Below, in pieces: positions 1 through 12,007 of a stretch of 64,000 nucleotides of DNA. Below the pieces are notes generated by a model. The model was given only the letters and a program-made list of their open reading frames with translations. It searched no databases and had not been told where the DNA came from. Numbering within the stretch: position 1 is the first letter of the stretch; each line of letters starts with the position of its first letter. This stretch comes from Paragordius varius (taxonomy: Eukaryota; Animalia; Nematomorpha), in contig OZ176058.1 in the NCBI GenBank assembly GCA_964247055.1, forward strand, positions 3,596,001 to 3,660,000. The letters are read 5' to 3'. A program made the position numbers and the translations under genes.

Positions 1-911
1 TGTGAATCTACTGCTCCTTTTCTTGACTTTTTTGATGAAATTAAAAAACTTTACTCGGAGTGCGATTATTTTTTATAAAATAAATATTAAATATAAATTT
101 GTGATTTTGCATATGTTTATTTTGACAGTTAATGGAAACTATAATAAAATCGTTAGTTTAATATTTATACACATTTAGGGCAGTTTTTCCAAACTTCTCT
201 TCTGTATCCAACTTTGAATAGGTAAAATTAGCCAAAAATAACAAATAAACAGACCAAAGGTTCCAACCACATATAAAATTTAAATTATATACATTAAAAG
301 TTACTAAAATATTTTTTTCTCATATTTTTGTATATGTCAAGTGTGCCCTATACCTAAGGTGACCAGACGTCCCGCTTTTGGCGGGACAGTCCCGCTTTTT
401 CACACTTTGTCCCGCGTCCCGCGACGTTTTTAAAATGTCCCGCTTTTTCACGATTATATAAAAAAAATTTTTTAATACAAATATATTTTTTTATCCGTTT
501 AAATTTTTTATCATTAATTATCTTTAAAATCTATATAAATTTTAAATTAAAATGTTTTATTTTTAAATTAAAATTTATTTTTTCGAATATATATCATATG
601 ATAATACACTTTCCTTCCTACTACTACTGTCATCGTTATTAAAAAGCCAAGTTAATACAATCTCTAGATTAAAAGACAAATTGATACCACAAATCGGTAC
701 CTTACACCTTTATTCCAGAAAATTAAAGTAATATAATATTTATTATACTAATATTTTAGTTTTATTACTTGCCAACATTATTAAAAAGCAAAATAATACC
801 ACAAATCGGTAGCTTAAATGACAATTTGTTACCACAAATCGGTACCTTACACGTTTATTCCAGAAAATTAATGTAATATAATATTTATTATAATAATAGT
901 AGTTTATAAAT

Positions 912-2625
912 ATGAGCACAAAAAGAGGTTGTAAATTCAACGATGAATTAATGAAAGATTTTTCTTTTATCAAAAAAACGAGATGAATCATCTGTTAAAT
1001 GTCTTATATGCGAGGGGGAATTCACCCTAGCACATGGCGGCAAGCATGATATTACAAAGCATATGGAAACAGAGAAACAAAAAAAATGTTTAGATATGGC
1101 CAGCATCATCTTACAAAATGAGCGATTTTTTTCGAAAAACCGCTTTTGGAGAGGAAGAAAAGAATTTGGCACTAGCTGAGGGCGTTTTATCTTTTCACGT
1201 CCTTAATCACAATCATTCCTTTAGATCTATGGACTGTACCTCACAGGTTATTCGCACGTTATTCCATAAAAAATTATTATGTGCCCGTACAAAGGCTGAA
1301 GCCATTGTGTGCAATGTCCTTTCTCACATGCATTTTCTGAAATACAAAAAGATTTGCTGAAAATTAATTTCTTATCCCTATACTCTGATGCATCAAATCA
1401 CACGAAACAAAATTATTTCCCACTTTAATAAGATATTTTGATTCAAAAACCGGAATAAAAATTAAAATTTTAGATTTAATTTCTCTACCCGGTGAAAATT
1501 CCGAAATATTATTTACAATAATGCATATTGAAAAAAATAATTTAAAAGATAAAATTATCGCATATTGCGCTGACAACACCAATACGAACTTTGGTCTAAA
1601 AGCAAGGAGGGGAACAAAAAATATTTTTCATAAATTAACAGATAATCTTAATCAAAACATTATTGGCGTTGGCAGTGCAGCGCATATAATACACAACTCA
1701 AACAGCTGCTGATTTGTTACCCCTAGATGTGCAAAATGTAGTTGCTAAAATATATTCCTATTTTTATATATACACGGTACGTGTTGAAACGCTTAAAGAA
1801 TTCTGTGAAAATGCAGAAGTTCAATATCAAAAAATGCTTGGATATTGTAAAACTCGTTGGTTAGCTTTTACGCCATCTATCGAAAGAATTTTAAAAATGT
1901 AAGATCCTTTAAAATCTTTTTTTATCACAGGACAAATGTCCTACAACTTTAAAAAAGTTTTCTAAAAGTGATTCTTCAAAAATATGGTTAGAATTCTTAC
2001 ATAATCAAGATCTCTCTTTCAAAATGTTATTAAATTTATAAAAGGTGAAAAATTTCGGCAATGAAGTAGCCAATGAAGTTAGTAACCTAAAATTCAAATG
2101 TCAAGAACGGTTAGAAAATAATTTTATACCATTAACCATCCACAATATAATAAATAATTTAGAATAACAAGGCTTAATAAATCTTCAAGATATCCTCTAC
2201 CATATAAAAAGTTTTATACAAACTGCAAAGATTATTTGGAAGACTGGACGACGCTGGATAACATTAAAATCAGAATTTAATTGGTGCGATGTTCAAAAAT
2301 CATTATCTGCTCCCAAAAATTCTCAAAAAGTAATCTTTCAGAAAATGATCTTTTTTCTGAAGTATCATTAATTAAAAGATATATTAATAATGAAAAACCT
2401 AAATTATGGACAAAAGAAAAATATACAGTAGAAAAGAAATGGTTGGAAATATTTCATCATTACATCGGAAAAATCAAATTTAAATGTTGAAACTTTAAAG
2501 GCCGTTTTATCTGTCAAATATAATTTGAAAATTCTTGTGAAGACTTCTACAATATTTTAAAAAATAATGACAATCTGCTAAAACGCATTCACTCAAACAA
2601 AAAATATACCAAAGAATAAAATATT
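912..2625 (+). pseudogene. hAT transposase pseudogene
   Basis: ATG at 912. Zinc-finger-like CLICEGEFTLAHGGKHDITKH, then AAHIIHN, CKTRWLA and C-terminal TSEKSNLNVETLKAVLSVKYNL. Many stops and frameshifts; the ERVFS dimerisation motif is deleted from this strand. Confidence 0.88.
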
Positions 2626-2665
2626 TTCTTTAGAGTTTTTGTGTTAAAAAATAAACAAAATTACT

Positions 2666-3461
2666 TAAAATATTGTATAAGTCTTCATAATTTGTCAAAT
2701 TATATTTGAACACATAAAATGGCTTTTTTTAAATTTGATTCCATGTCCTTACTTAGTTTACTGTGGAAAAACGCGTTCAATAGCAGTCAGGTAAAGAAAT
2801 GCAAATTCTACAATTAAATTATTATTGTATGGAACATAATTTGTTTAAAAATGATTATTTTAACCATTTCTATCCTACGTATTTTTTTCTGTTGTCCATA
2901 ATATAAGTTTTCATTTAATATATTTATTTATTAATGAGACTTCATAAAAAAGTGTCATTGTGCACCGTCTTGTTTTCCAAATAATCGTTTCTGTTTGTAT
3001 AAAACATATTTATATTCTGGCTATTCATTGAGCTTTGTTTTTCTGGATGCTTTATAATATTGCGATTAGGTAATGGTATAAAATTATTTTCTAACCTTTT
3101 TTGACTTGGAATTTCGACTTTTGTCCTGTAATAGGATTACAGGAGATCACATTTTTATAAATATTTCAATCGCTGGCAAAAGAGCTAACCAACAGTTCTT
3201 CAATATCCAAGCATTTTAACATCTGTATTTTCCACATCCAGGGGTAACAAATCAGTAGCTCGTTGTGTATCTGCCAATAATTTTTGATTAAGATGATTCG
3301 CTAAATTGTTAAAAATATTTTTTGTGCCGCTTCTTGCATCACCCAGCGCACTTTGTGATGATTTCGTCTTTATTATTTTTTTCTAGAATATTAAATCACT
3401 TCACCCTTTATTCGTGCACATGTAAATTTATTGAATAAGGTACAAACAACCTGTAAGGTAC
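2666..3461 (-). pseudogene. Inverted, internally deleted copy of the same transposase family inside the element
   Basis: 2666-2687 is the reverse complement of 2538-2559, and 3448-3461 that of 1234-1247. The minus strand reads TAIERVFSTVN at about 2760-2790. It aligns with the minus-strand transposases at 50780-52540 and 53570-55260. Confidence 0.8.
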
Positions 3462-3793
3462 AAATTTTTTTATATTTATAATGTATTAGTGTTAAAAATA
3501 AATAAATATTACAATAATTTTTTTGTATACAAATTTTTGGTTGTACCTCCCAATGACCCCCCCTTCTCAGATTTGTCCCGCTTTTTCCTTCAAAAAATCT
3601 GGTCACCTTACCTATACCACACCTTAGCAATATCTTCAAGTTTTTCTTAATCATATGATTTTTTATCACCTTCTGTTCAAGTTTTCTTGCTTGACTTAAG
3701 TGCCCCAATGTTAATTTTTTTTATCACATGAAAGCAAGCCATGACTTGAAAAACTAGTAAGCCAAGTCAAATTTTATCACCCCCCCACTCTGT

Positions 3794-3835
<42 letters not shown>

Positions 3836-4066
3836 ATTTCCCAGTCTAAATAAACGTTTTCCCAGTCAATCGAAACATTTTCCCAGTGAATCGAAACGTT
3901 TTCCCAGTCAATCGAAACGTTTTCCCAGTCAATCGAAACGTTTTCCCAGTCAATCAAAACGTTTTCCCAGTCAATCAAAACATTTTCCCAGTCAATCGAA
4001 ACAATTTCCCAGTCAATAAAAACATTTTCCCAATCAATAAAAACGTTTTCCCAGTCAATAAAAACG
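3836..4066 (+). repeat. 21-bp tandem array, ~11 units (ttttcccagtcaatcgaaacg)
   Basis: Read directly; it produces the repetitive IDWENVx ORF on the minus strand. Confidence 0.97.
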
Positions 4067-5197
4067 GTTTTATTTTTGATGATAAGTATCAAAACAAGAT
4101 AGAAAAATAACATTTAACCATTATCAGCGTAATATTAGGATATTATTTTTTATAAAATCACAATTATTTAATGACAATATTTCCTATATATTCCAATACA
4201 CAATCATTAATAATTTATTCTTTAAAAGCTATATTTTATTAACTAGAAGAATATTTTATGGTTTTTAAGTATTTTTAAGAAAATATTTAATAATTTTTTT
4301 ATTTTATCGATGGTTCGCATTAATAATTGAGGCTAACTTTTAAAGTCTATAGTTACGGATAATAAAATTTATAAAAATATCCCATTTTATCTAAAATTGG
4401 TCATTTAACACTTCATATTGGGTCTTAAACATGTCTTCGAATTGTGTAAAAAATACTGTCGGAAAAAAATTTGAACAAAACATGGTTTTATATATGTTTT
4501 TCATTTAAAAATATTTTATAAAAAAGGATATTCTAACACAATGGCTTTGCGGGCCGCATTTTTAACTCAAAAAGCACGGCGTTCCGAATTCGTATTATAT
4601 AAGGACATTCATAAATAATTTATTCGATCTTAAACATAAGAATTTTTTAATTCGTTGTCAATTTTATAGACTCATTAGAATAATAGCGTAAGAAATATGA
4701 ATTTTACTAAGATCTTGTTGGCAAATTTTTGCATTGGATTTCCAAATTTTTCGCGGGCCGCACAAAGATTCGGAAGGCCGCCTTAGGCTGCGATGAACCA
4801 AATGATAAATATAAAAAATAGGGTAAAATTTATGTTTAAGACCCAATATGAAGTGTTAAATGACCAATTTGAGATAAAAATGGTATATTTTTATAAATTT
4901 TATTATCCGTAACTATAGACTTTAAAAGTTAGCCTCAATTATTAATGCAAACCATCGATAAAATAAAAAAATTATTAAAATTTTCTTAAAAATACTTAAA
5001 AACCATAAAATATTCTTCTAGTTAATAAAATATAGCTTTTAAAGAATTAATTATTAATGATTGTGTATTGGAATATATAGGAAATATTGTCATTAAATAA
5101 TTGTGATTTTATAAAAAATAATATCCTAATATTACGCTGATAATGGTTAAATGTTATTTTTCTATCTTGTTTTGATACTTATCATCAAAAATAAAAC

Positions 5198-5428
5198 CGT
5201 TTTTATTGACTGGGAAAACGTTTTTATTGATTGGGAAAATGTTTTTATTGACTGGGAAATTGTTTCGATTGACTGGGAAAATGTTTCGATTGACTGGGAA
5301 AACGTTTTGATTGACTGGGAAAACGTTTCAATTGACTGGGAAAACGTTTCGATTGACTGGGAAAACGTTTCGATTGACTGGGAAAATGTTTCGATTGATT
5401 GGGAAAACGTTTATTTAGACTGGGAAAT
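5198..5428 (-). repeat. 21-bp tandem array, inverted partner, ~11 units
   Basis: Reverse complement of 3836-4066 with slightly different unit variants. Confidence 0.97.
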
Positions 5429-5745
5429 GGTATATATATGTTTTATGCACAATGTGTCCAAATTTCGCTATGATTTAAATTCAATGATAAATAATGCACA
5501 AATCATTTTTTGGACGTCATTTATTGGGAAATATATAAATACATTAAGTAACAGTAAAAATCTTGCACCTATTAATTTAGTCAATTTATATTTACTTAGT
5601 AATTATATTTGATTAAAGGGGGCATGCCTAATTTCGAATATCAAGAAGAAAGTTTAGTTTATATTTTAATTTTATTATAAATTCGACAAAGAATATACGT
5701 AGATTCCATATATGTTTGAAAACTATTTTCTATTTCTAACATATA

Positions 5746-5997
5746 TAGTAAAAATTAAAATTATACGGACAAAGCAAAATATAAAGACCTTTTTTCTCAA
5801 AGACAATCATATTAATACCATAATATATCCAATTAAAATCATTTAAAACAATCTTAATATATGTAGTTGATGTGTTACCAAAATATCTCCATTCTAAACT
5901 TTGTTGTTTAAAACGGTGAGTTATATTTAAAAAATAAAGATTTGAAAAGTATGGTTGTGTATTAAAATTATTTGTCCTTCGTATAATTATTTTACTG
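5746..5997. mobile_element. TA-flanked MITE (CAGTAAAA-type TIR, Tc1/mariner-pogo-like)
   Basis: Imperfect TIR (t)agtaaaaattaaaattatacg / cgtataattattttactg with TA on both sides. Same family as 9679-9925 and 36887-37170; duplicate at 23246-23497. Confidence 0.6.
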
Positions 5998-6443
5998 TAT
6001 TTACTTGTTATTCTATTTTATTAAAGGAACTAAGGATTCTATCTACATATTTTTATTTTGTAAATGTAAGCAAAATTAGATAAAATTTTTGGTATTATTA
6101 CATATTATGAATAAACACTAGTTATATTATAGAGAACTCCATCGATACATACGCATTTCGCAATATAATCAAGCGAAAATACCTGGAACAACGTGGATGT
6201 TTTCTAACAATTTTGATGTTGTTTTTTTATAATTGATACATTAAAAAAGGCAGTATAAGTGAGAGCAAAACTGATGGAAAAATTATTGCTGATACCAGCT
6301 AATTTATTTACACAATGAAGGCAATGAAAACGATACTGAAATATATGTATATAAATATATTGAAGGGGGGGCTTTTTATTACTTATTATATTATTTAATA
6401 AAAAATCCAATTTTTTTGTGTTAAATTATCATTTTCAACAAAA

Positions 6444-6540
6444 ATGGGTGGATTTTCATCTATTCCAGCTGGAACGGAAATGCAAGCTACTTCTGCCTTA
6501 CCAACAATCTTCTTGGCTGCGTTTTTTAATTCCCCTAGAG
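6444..6540 (+). CDS. Putative first or internal exon of an unidentified multi-exon gene
   Basis: MGGFSSIPAGTEMQATSALPTIFLAAFFNSPR followed by a phase-1 donor ag|gtaata. Upstream 6134-6443 looks like frameshifted coding sequence, so the locus may be a pseudogene. Confidence 0.4.
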
Positions 6541-6993
6541 GTAATAAAATAGATATTTAAATTAAAAATTTAGCGATATATATCATTTAAACGTCAAATT
6601 CATCCTCAAAAACAATTCAAATTTATCCTTAAATCAATTATGTGCTTTTTAACATTGAAAGCCTATATTTTTTATAAATTTTAAAAGTGTATTTCGTTTC
6701 AAATTATTACACTATGCCATAAAGAAATGCCCGAAAACACATAGTTTTTTAGAGTGAATTAGACGTGTTTAGTGAGAAATTGCATTGTTTAAGGGTAAAT
6801 TCGAATTGTTAAGGTTGATGTTTGAATATATTATACAGAGTTTAGTTAATTCGTAACGAAAAATTATTTTAACTAATTCTCCACCACTGATATATAAATT
6901 TTATGTCATTTCTTTGAGATGGTAAACTTTTTTAAAACTGTTTTAAATTTTTTTGTAAGTATACAAATTTGTATTTTACTATAGAGCATAAAC

Positions 6994-7333
6994 CAGGAGT
7001 GGCTAACATGCGGGCCGCATGCCTTCCTCCAAAATGTTTCAGCAGCCGCGAGAAATATGATTGCAAAATAAATGAAAAATTTTTAATAAAAAAAAGATTT
7101 GCCTTTTTAAAATGTATATTTATTTGTTAATAACTCTTTCCGTTTAACAATGAGCTATCATAAACTGTTTAAATATTTAGCATTTACAATGTGTTGATTA
7201 ATTTATTTACAGTCTTACGGAATTTTAACAATTTATTATTACCCATATATTATGCGATGAATGCTGCCCGTTGAAATTTTCTGGTTAAAACTGCGGCCCG
7301 AAAAACCCTTTGTATTGGACAGACCTGCCCTTG
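6994..7333. mobile_element. Small hAT (Buster/Charlie-like) non-autonomous element
   Basis: Starts CAGGAGTGGCTAAC and ends ttggacagacctg(cccttg); internal gcgggccgc/gcggcccg motifs; candidate TSD gcataaac/gcatagac (7/8, central TA). Right end uncertain by 6 bp. Duplicate at 24494-24833. Confidence 0.55.
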
Positions 7334-7569
7334 GCATAGACTAACGATAGGCTATATCAGTATTTTAAACGGCTAAAAGTGTAAATAATTAACATGTCTG
7401 TTGACACGTAGGAGATTTTTCATTTTTTATTACATAGTAAATTTAACATTGTATTTCTACTTGTAAAATCTAACTAATAGTAATGAAACATCTAATACAA
7501 GGCTACTGATATGTATGTATATTATAAAATCCCTTAAAGTCATTTAAATTACAGATATGGTCAATAATA

Positions 7570-7619
<50 letters not shown>

Positions 7620-7634
7620 AAAAATAAGATACAG

Positions 7635-7892
7635 GAATGAAATTTATTGGCGGAGCAACGGTCAACATTTATTGGAAAAATTGGAATGATTGGAAAGAAG
7701 AGTCAAACTCAATACCAAAGTGTCAGATTCAACAATTTAAAAAAGGCGACTGGGTAAACCTTGACCAAAGTTTTAATTGCACCTCATCAGGAAACAAAAC
7801 TGTTGATAAACTAACATATGAATATAATAAACAAATGCACTTTCGAATTCATTTTATGGAAAAGAACAAATCTTTGGTTATAGATACCACAG
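7635..7892 (+). CDS. Phase 1-1 exon encoding an ~86-aa extracellular beta-sandwich-like module
   Basis: Open frame (G)MKFIGGATVNIYWKNW...WVNLDQSFNCTS...IDTT(G). Acceptor tacag|ga and donor acag|gttaga are both phase 1. The acceptor is weak (no pyrimidine tract). Confidence 0.5.
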
Positions 7893-8183
7893 GTTAGAAA
7901 TTCCTTTAGAGTAGAATTAGTATACGTTTCTAATAATTAATTATTACCAGAGTGCATATTCAGCAAAGATGATCATTTATGACTTATAGTTATTTTTTAA
8001 CTCTTTACAATTATTAGCCAATATAAATTCTCTGCGCTGTACGTGTTATCTAGAAATATTTAATTATACTTACTCACACTGTAAAATTAGTATATGGAAT
8101 CTAAAAACGGTTATGTTTTTAATATAACTTATCACACATTTTAACTTTAAAGTAATTAATCATACGTAAATATACAGTATATA

Positions 8184-9672
8184 TAAGGTGACCAGACGTC
8201 CCGCTTTAAAAATCGCTCATTTTGTAAGATGACCGCCATATCTATTTTTTATGTTTCTGTGTTTCCATATGCTTTGTAATATCATGCTTGCCGCCATGTG
8301 CTAGGGTAAATTATCCCTCGCATATAAGACATTTAACAGATGATTCATTTTTCGTTTTTTTTGATAAAAGGAAAATCTTTCATTAATTCGTCGTTGAATT
8401 TACAACCTCTTTTTGTGCTCATATTTATAAACTACTATTAATTAGTATAATAAATATTATATTACCTTAATTTTCTGGAATAAACGTGTAAGGTACCGAT
8501 TTGTAGTATCAATTTGTCTTTAAAGCTACCGATTTGTGGTATTAATTTGGCTTTTTGATATGTTAGCAAGTAATAAAACTAAAATATTAGCATAAATATT
8601 ATATTACCTTAATTTTCTGAAATAAACGTGTAAACTACCGATTTGTGGTATTAATTTGTCCTTTAATCTAAAGATTTGTGGTATTAACTTGGCCTTTTGA
8701 TAATGATGACAGTCGTAGTAGGAAGCAAAGTGTATAATCATATGAATTTGAAAAAAATAAATATTTAATGATAAAAAATTTAAGCGGATAAAAAAAATTT
8801 ATTTGTATTAAAAAAAATTTTTTTTATATAATCGTGAAAAAGCGGGACATTTTAAAAACGTAGCGGGACGCGGGACAAAGTGTGAAAAAGCGGGACGTCT
8901 GGTCACCTTATGTATGGAACATAATTTGTTTAAAAATGATTATTTTAACCATTTCTATCCTACGTATTTTTTTCTGTTGTCCATAATATAAGTTTTCATT
9001 CAATATATTTATTTAATAATGAGACTTCATAAAAAAGTGTCATTGTGCACCGTCTTGTTTTACAAATAATCGTTTCTGTTTGTATAAAACATTTTTATAT
9101 TCTGGCTATTCATTGAGCCTTGTTTTTCTGGATGCTTTATTATATTGCGATTAGGTAATGATATAAAATTATTTTCTAACCTTTTTTGACTTGGATTTTG
9201 ACCTTTGTCCTGTGATAAAAAATGATTCTAGGAGATCATATTTTTATAAATATTTCAATGGCTGGCAAAAGAGCTAACCAACATTTCTACAATATCCAAG
9301 CATTAACATCTATATTTTCCACATCCAGTGGTAATAAATCAGTAGCTGTTTGAATAGCGTTGTGTATCTGCTAATGTTTTGATTAAGATTATTCGCTAAA
9401 TTGTTAAAAATATTTTTGTACCGCTTCTTGCATCACCCAGCGCACTTTGTGATGATTTCGTCTTTATTATTTTTTTCCAGAATATTACAATCACTTTACC
9501 CTTTGTTCGTGCACATGTAAATTTATTTAATAAGGTACAAACAACCTGTAAGGTACAAATTTTTTTATATTTATAATGTATGTGTGGTAAAAATAAATAA
9601 ATATTACAATAAAAATGACCCCCCCCTCTCAGATTTGTCCCGCTTTTTCCTTCAAAAAATCTGGTCACCTTA
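8184..9672. mobile_element. Three-ended rearranged Blackjack hAT derivative
   Basis: Left TIR at 8184, inverted left arm ending in a second left TIR at 8910, then sequence homologous to 2826-3610 ending at the right TIR 9672. Flanks agtatata (8176-8183) and agtataca (9673-9680). Duplicate at 25674-27162. Confidence 0.85.
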
Positions 9673-9678
9673 AGTATA

Positions 9679-9925
9679 CAGTGAAATCATACGGCAACAT
9701 AAAATTATAAAAAATCATACTTTTTTGCAAGCCTTTAGTTTTCTTATAAATATTTATTTACTATTAAATATATAATTGCTTCAGCTATTTATCTTTTTTT
9801 CATACTTAGCCAATTTATACAATGATAAATAGAAAAACAAGATTTAAAAAGTAGGATTGTCTTTTAGAAATAAATATTTGTTTTTATATTTTTACGTTTT
9901 GTCCGTATAATTTCAATCATAACTG
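9679..9925. mobile_element. TA-flanked MITE (same family as 5746-5997)
   Basis: ta|cagtgaaatcatacgg ... gtccgtataatttcaatcataactg|ta; duplicate at 27169-27415. Confidence 0.5.
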
Positions 9926-10892
9926 TAATTTATAAGAATTATTATAATACATGGATTGCTCTAGTGTTTAACTACAATAAATTTTTATAACCAACTGTTA
10001 TGTAGTATCTAGTAATTTTAATGTAATTTTAACATATCAATATTTGCATAGGAAATTTAGAGTTGAAATCATGAAAAGAATTATTTACACTTTAATTGTA
10101 TTATTTGCCAATAATTATCTTGTTGACTAAATAAAGCTGATCCAGTCAGACCTGTTAATATTTATTTGAGCTTAAAATTGAATTTGTGCGGAGAAAATGT
10201 AATTATAAAGACAAATATTTTTTTCTTAAAAAGCAACAACACACTCTTAAAACTTGTTTTTTTAATATAACCCCTCTTCTAAACTGCTCAGTATAAAATA
10301 TGGATTTAAATTGGTAACACAATCAATTAATATATTACGATATAATTAAACGCTTATGACCATTATTGCTTTTTTAGGTAGTTTTATACCCCAGAGTCAT
10401 TTAAAATGGCATTTTTTAGGCGCAAAAGCAAAAAATATTTTAACATCTAAAATTGTAAAAATATTTGTTCTTATACTTTTTTTATAGTCATGTTTTTTAT
10501 CTAATTTTTTGAGTCCCTAATGCTACAGACAATATAATGTTTATTATGGTGTTTATAACTTGAAAAAATTTCAGGCTACATTTTATTAGCAAAAAATTGA
10601 ATATATTTTGATTTTTCATTTCAATCGTTTTTGGTAATGTCTTAATTTGCACTCTAGAACTCACAAAACTTTATAATATAAGCCTTTTAATCTAATGTGA
10701 AGAATGCTTGATAAATATTTAACTCCTTAACTCTATACCTTATTTAGATAAGCTCTATAAAACTAAATAAACTAGGGCAATAAAGTGAACAGGTAAAGAA
10801 ATATTTGTCTTTAAATTTTTACGTTTTGTCCGTATATAACAGTAAAAAGATTATTCAATCTATATATATATATATATCTTAATTATGGAAAG

Positions 10893-11126
10893 GAATTAGC
10901 GCCTACAAAAATAGACAGAAACAATTAATAGTGTATTGGGATATCCCAAATTCGGACGATTTTGATTTCTTATTAACTGACGCATGCGGTTCAAATCACG
11001 AATTAAAAGATTATGAAAGTAGAAGTTGGGGACGCAAAATATTTGATTGGTTTAATTGTTCAAAAAGACAATTAACACTTAAAACTGCCGAGGGAAATGA
11101 TGATCAATATACATTTGAATATACTG
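10893..11126 (+). CDS. Second phase 1-1 module exon
   Basis: (G)ISAYKNRQKQLIVYWDIPNS...WGRKIFDWFNCSK...FEYT(G). Acceptor aaag|ga and donor actg|gtatac are phase 1. It shares the xxYW, W...FNC[TS] and terminal TG pattern with exon 7635-7892. Confidence 0.5.
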
Positions 11127-11662
11127 GTATACGTTAAATCTTTCAATTTACTTTTATTTGAATTAATTTAAATTTATGAGTAAACCTTTAAGGTCATCTT
11201 ACTAAAGTTATTGGGGAATTTCATGTTTCTTCCTTAAAAATTTTAATTTATAAGATATGTGCTAGAGCAATCGAATTATATATAATATATTTATGTATAA
11301 ATGCAGTATAAGTATCTGGCTAAATAACTATTAATTTAACAAGTTATATTTTATGAAACAATATTAGTATAAAGAAAGGAAATATAATAAATTAATGATC
11401 TAAGGCTTAGTTTTAGGATACACATATTGCTTGGACCTGTCGGTTATATGCATCAACAGGAATGTAAATTAATTTTTTTGTAATTAACACTCAATGTGTG
11501 GATAGTTTATATACCAGAAAGATTTGAATAACAAAAACATTTTTAATATCAGGCTATATACCTTTTTTAATATATTTCAAAAATATTAAATTGAAAATAT
11601 TATTTAAATATTTTACTGCAAAACTTGATATTAAATTCATTTTAAATTTGAATCGTGTTTAG

Positions 11663-11686
11663 GCGTCCGAAATTCGGTATCTGGAG
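11663..11686 (+). CDS. Candidate 24-nt frame-preserving micro-exon
   Basis: tttag|gcgtccgaaattcggtatctggag|gtaggt, phase 1-1, encodes (G)VRNSVSG. The paralog at 29140-29163 keeps the donor but has TG instead of AG. Confidence 0.3.
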
Positions 11687-12007
11687 GTAGGTCACATAAT
11701 TGTAAAAATTTTTTACAGGAGAAATATGTTTAATAATAGAAATTAATTAAAATACTACAAGATTGAGCACTGGCATACAAAATTTTCCCAGTATAGCCGG
11801 ACTAAAAAGTGAAAATGTCATAAGGTCTTATATCATTTTAAATACGGGAATATGGTAAAACACAAAATCATTTATATAAAAAGAACCACTTTTGTGTTAG
11901 AGACGATATAAATTAGTAATACACTTTTGATATTGCATTTCTAATTAATCAAAGTATGTTAAGAAATTGAATTTAATTTTTTTTAACAAATATTGTCATT
12001 TGTCCAG

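Larger units (their letters stand above)
355..3610 (+). mobile_element. hAT (Blackjack-type) DNA transposon, internally rearranged, non-autonomous
   Basis: Termini TAAGGTGACCAGA...TCTGGTCACCTTA; perfect 8-bp TSD cctatacc (347-354, 3611-3618); subterminal gtcccgc repeats; hAT transposase remnants inside. Confidence 0.93.
1..3790. mobile_element. Partial copy of an unclassified TIR element (1-354 plus 3611-3790), interrupted by a Blackjack hAT
   Basis: The flanks of the hAT at 355-3610 join to match the uninterrupted element at 56989-57979 (gtcaagtgtgccct-acaccacac, 57797-57819). The right terminus ttttatcacccccccactc ends at 3790. Confidence 0.7.
3834..5430. mobile_element. Foldback-type element with ~600-bp inverted arms, inserted in (TA)n
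   Basis: Arms 3834-4432 and 4832-5430 are reverse complements (CCATTTCCCAGTC...GACTGGGAAATGG) around a 400-bp spacer. TA repeats flank both sides. No transposase. Confidence 0.85.
1..11192. repeat. Near-identical segmental duplication, copy 1 (partner 17507-28682)
   Basis: Position 1 tgtgaatctactgctcc recurs at 17507. The ORF track repeats with offsets 17506, 17500 and 17490; the offset changes are (TA)n length differences. Only a few SNPs were seen (e.g. 367/17873). The first mismatch of the diverged block is 11193/28683. Confidence 0.97.

Noticed and set aside
3836-4066. Possible CRISPR array
   Set aside because: Units are contiguous with no unique spacers, no cas genes are present, and the context is eukaryotic.
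3754-5612. ORFs with IDWENVx heptad repeats (3754-4113, 3886-4110, 5151-5612 and duplicates) as repeat proteins
   Set aside because: They are translations of a 21-bp array in both arms of an inverted repeat and run into (TA)n; there is no independent coding evidence.
11760-11860. Well-conserved block between diverged paralogs (RLSTGIQNFPSIAGLKSENVIR) as an extra exon
   Set aside because: No convincing phase-compatible donor and acceptor pair; the conservation could be chance at this divergence.
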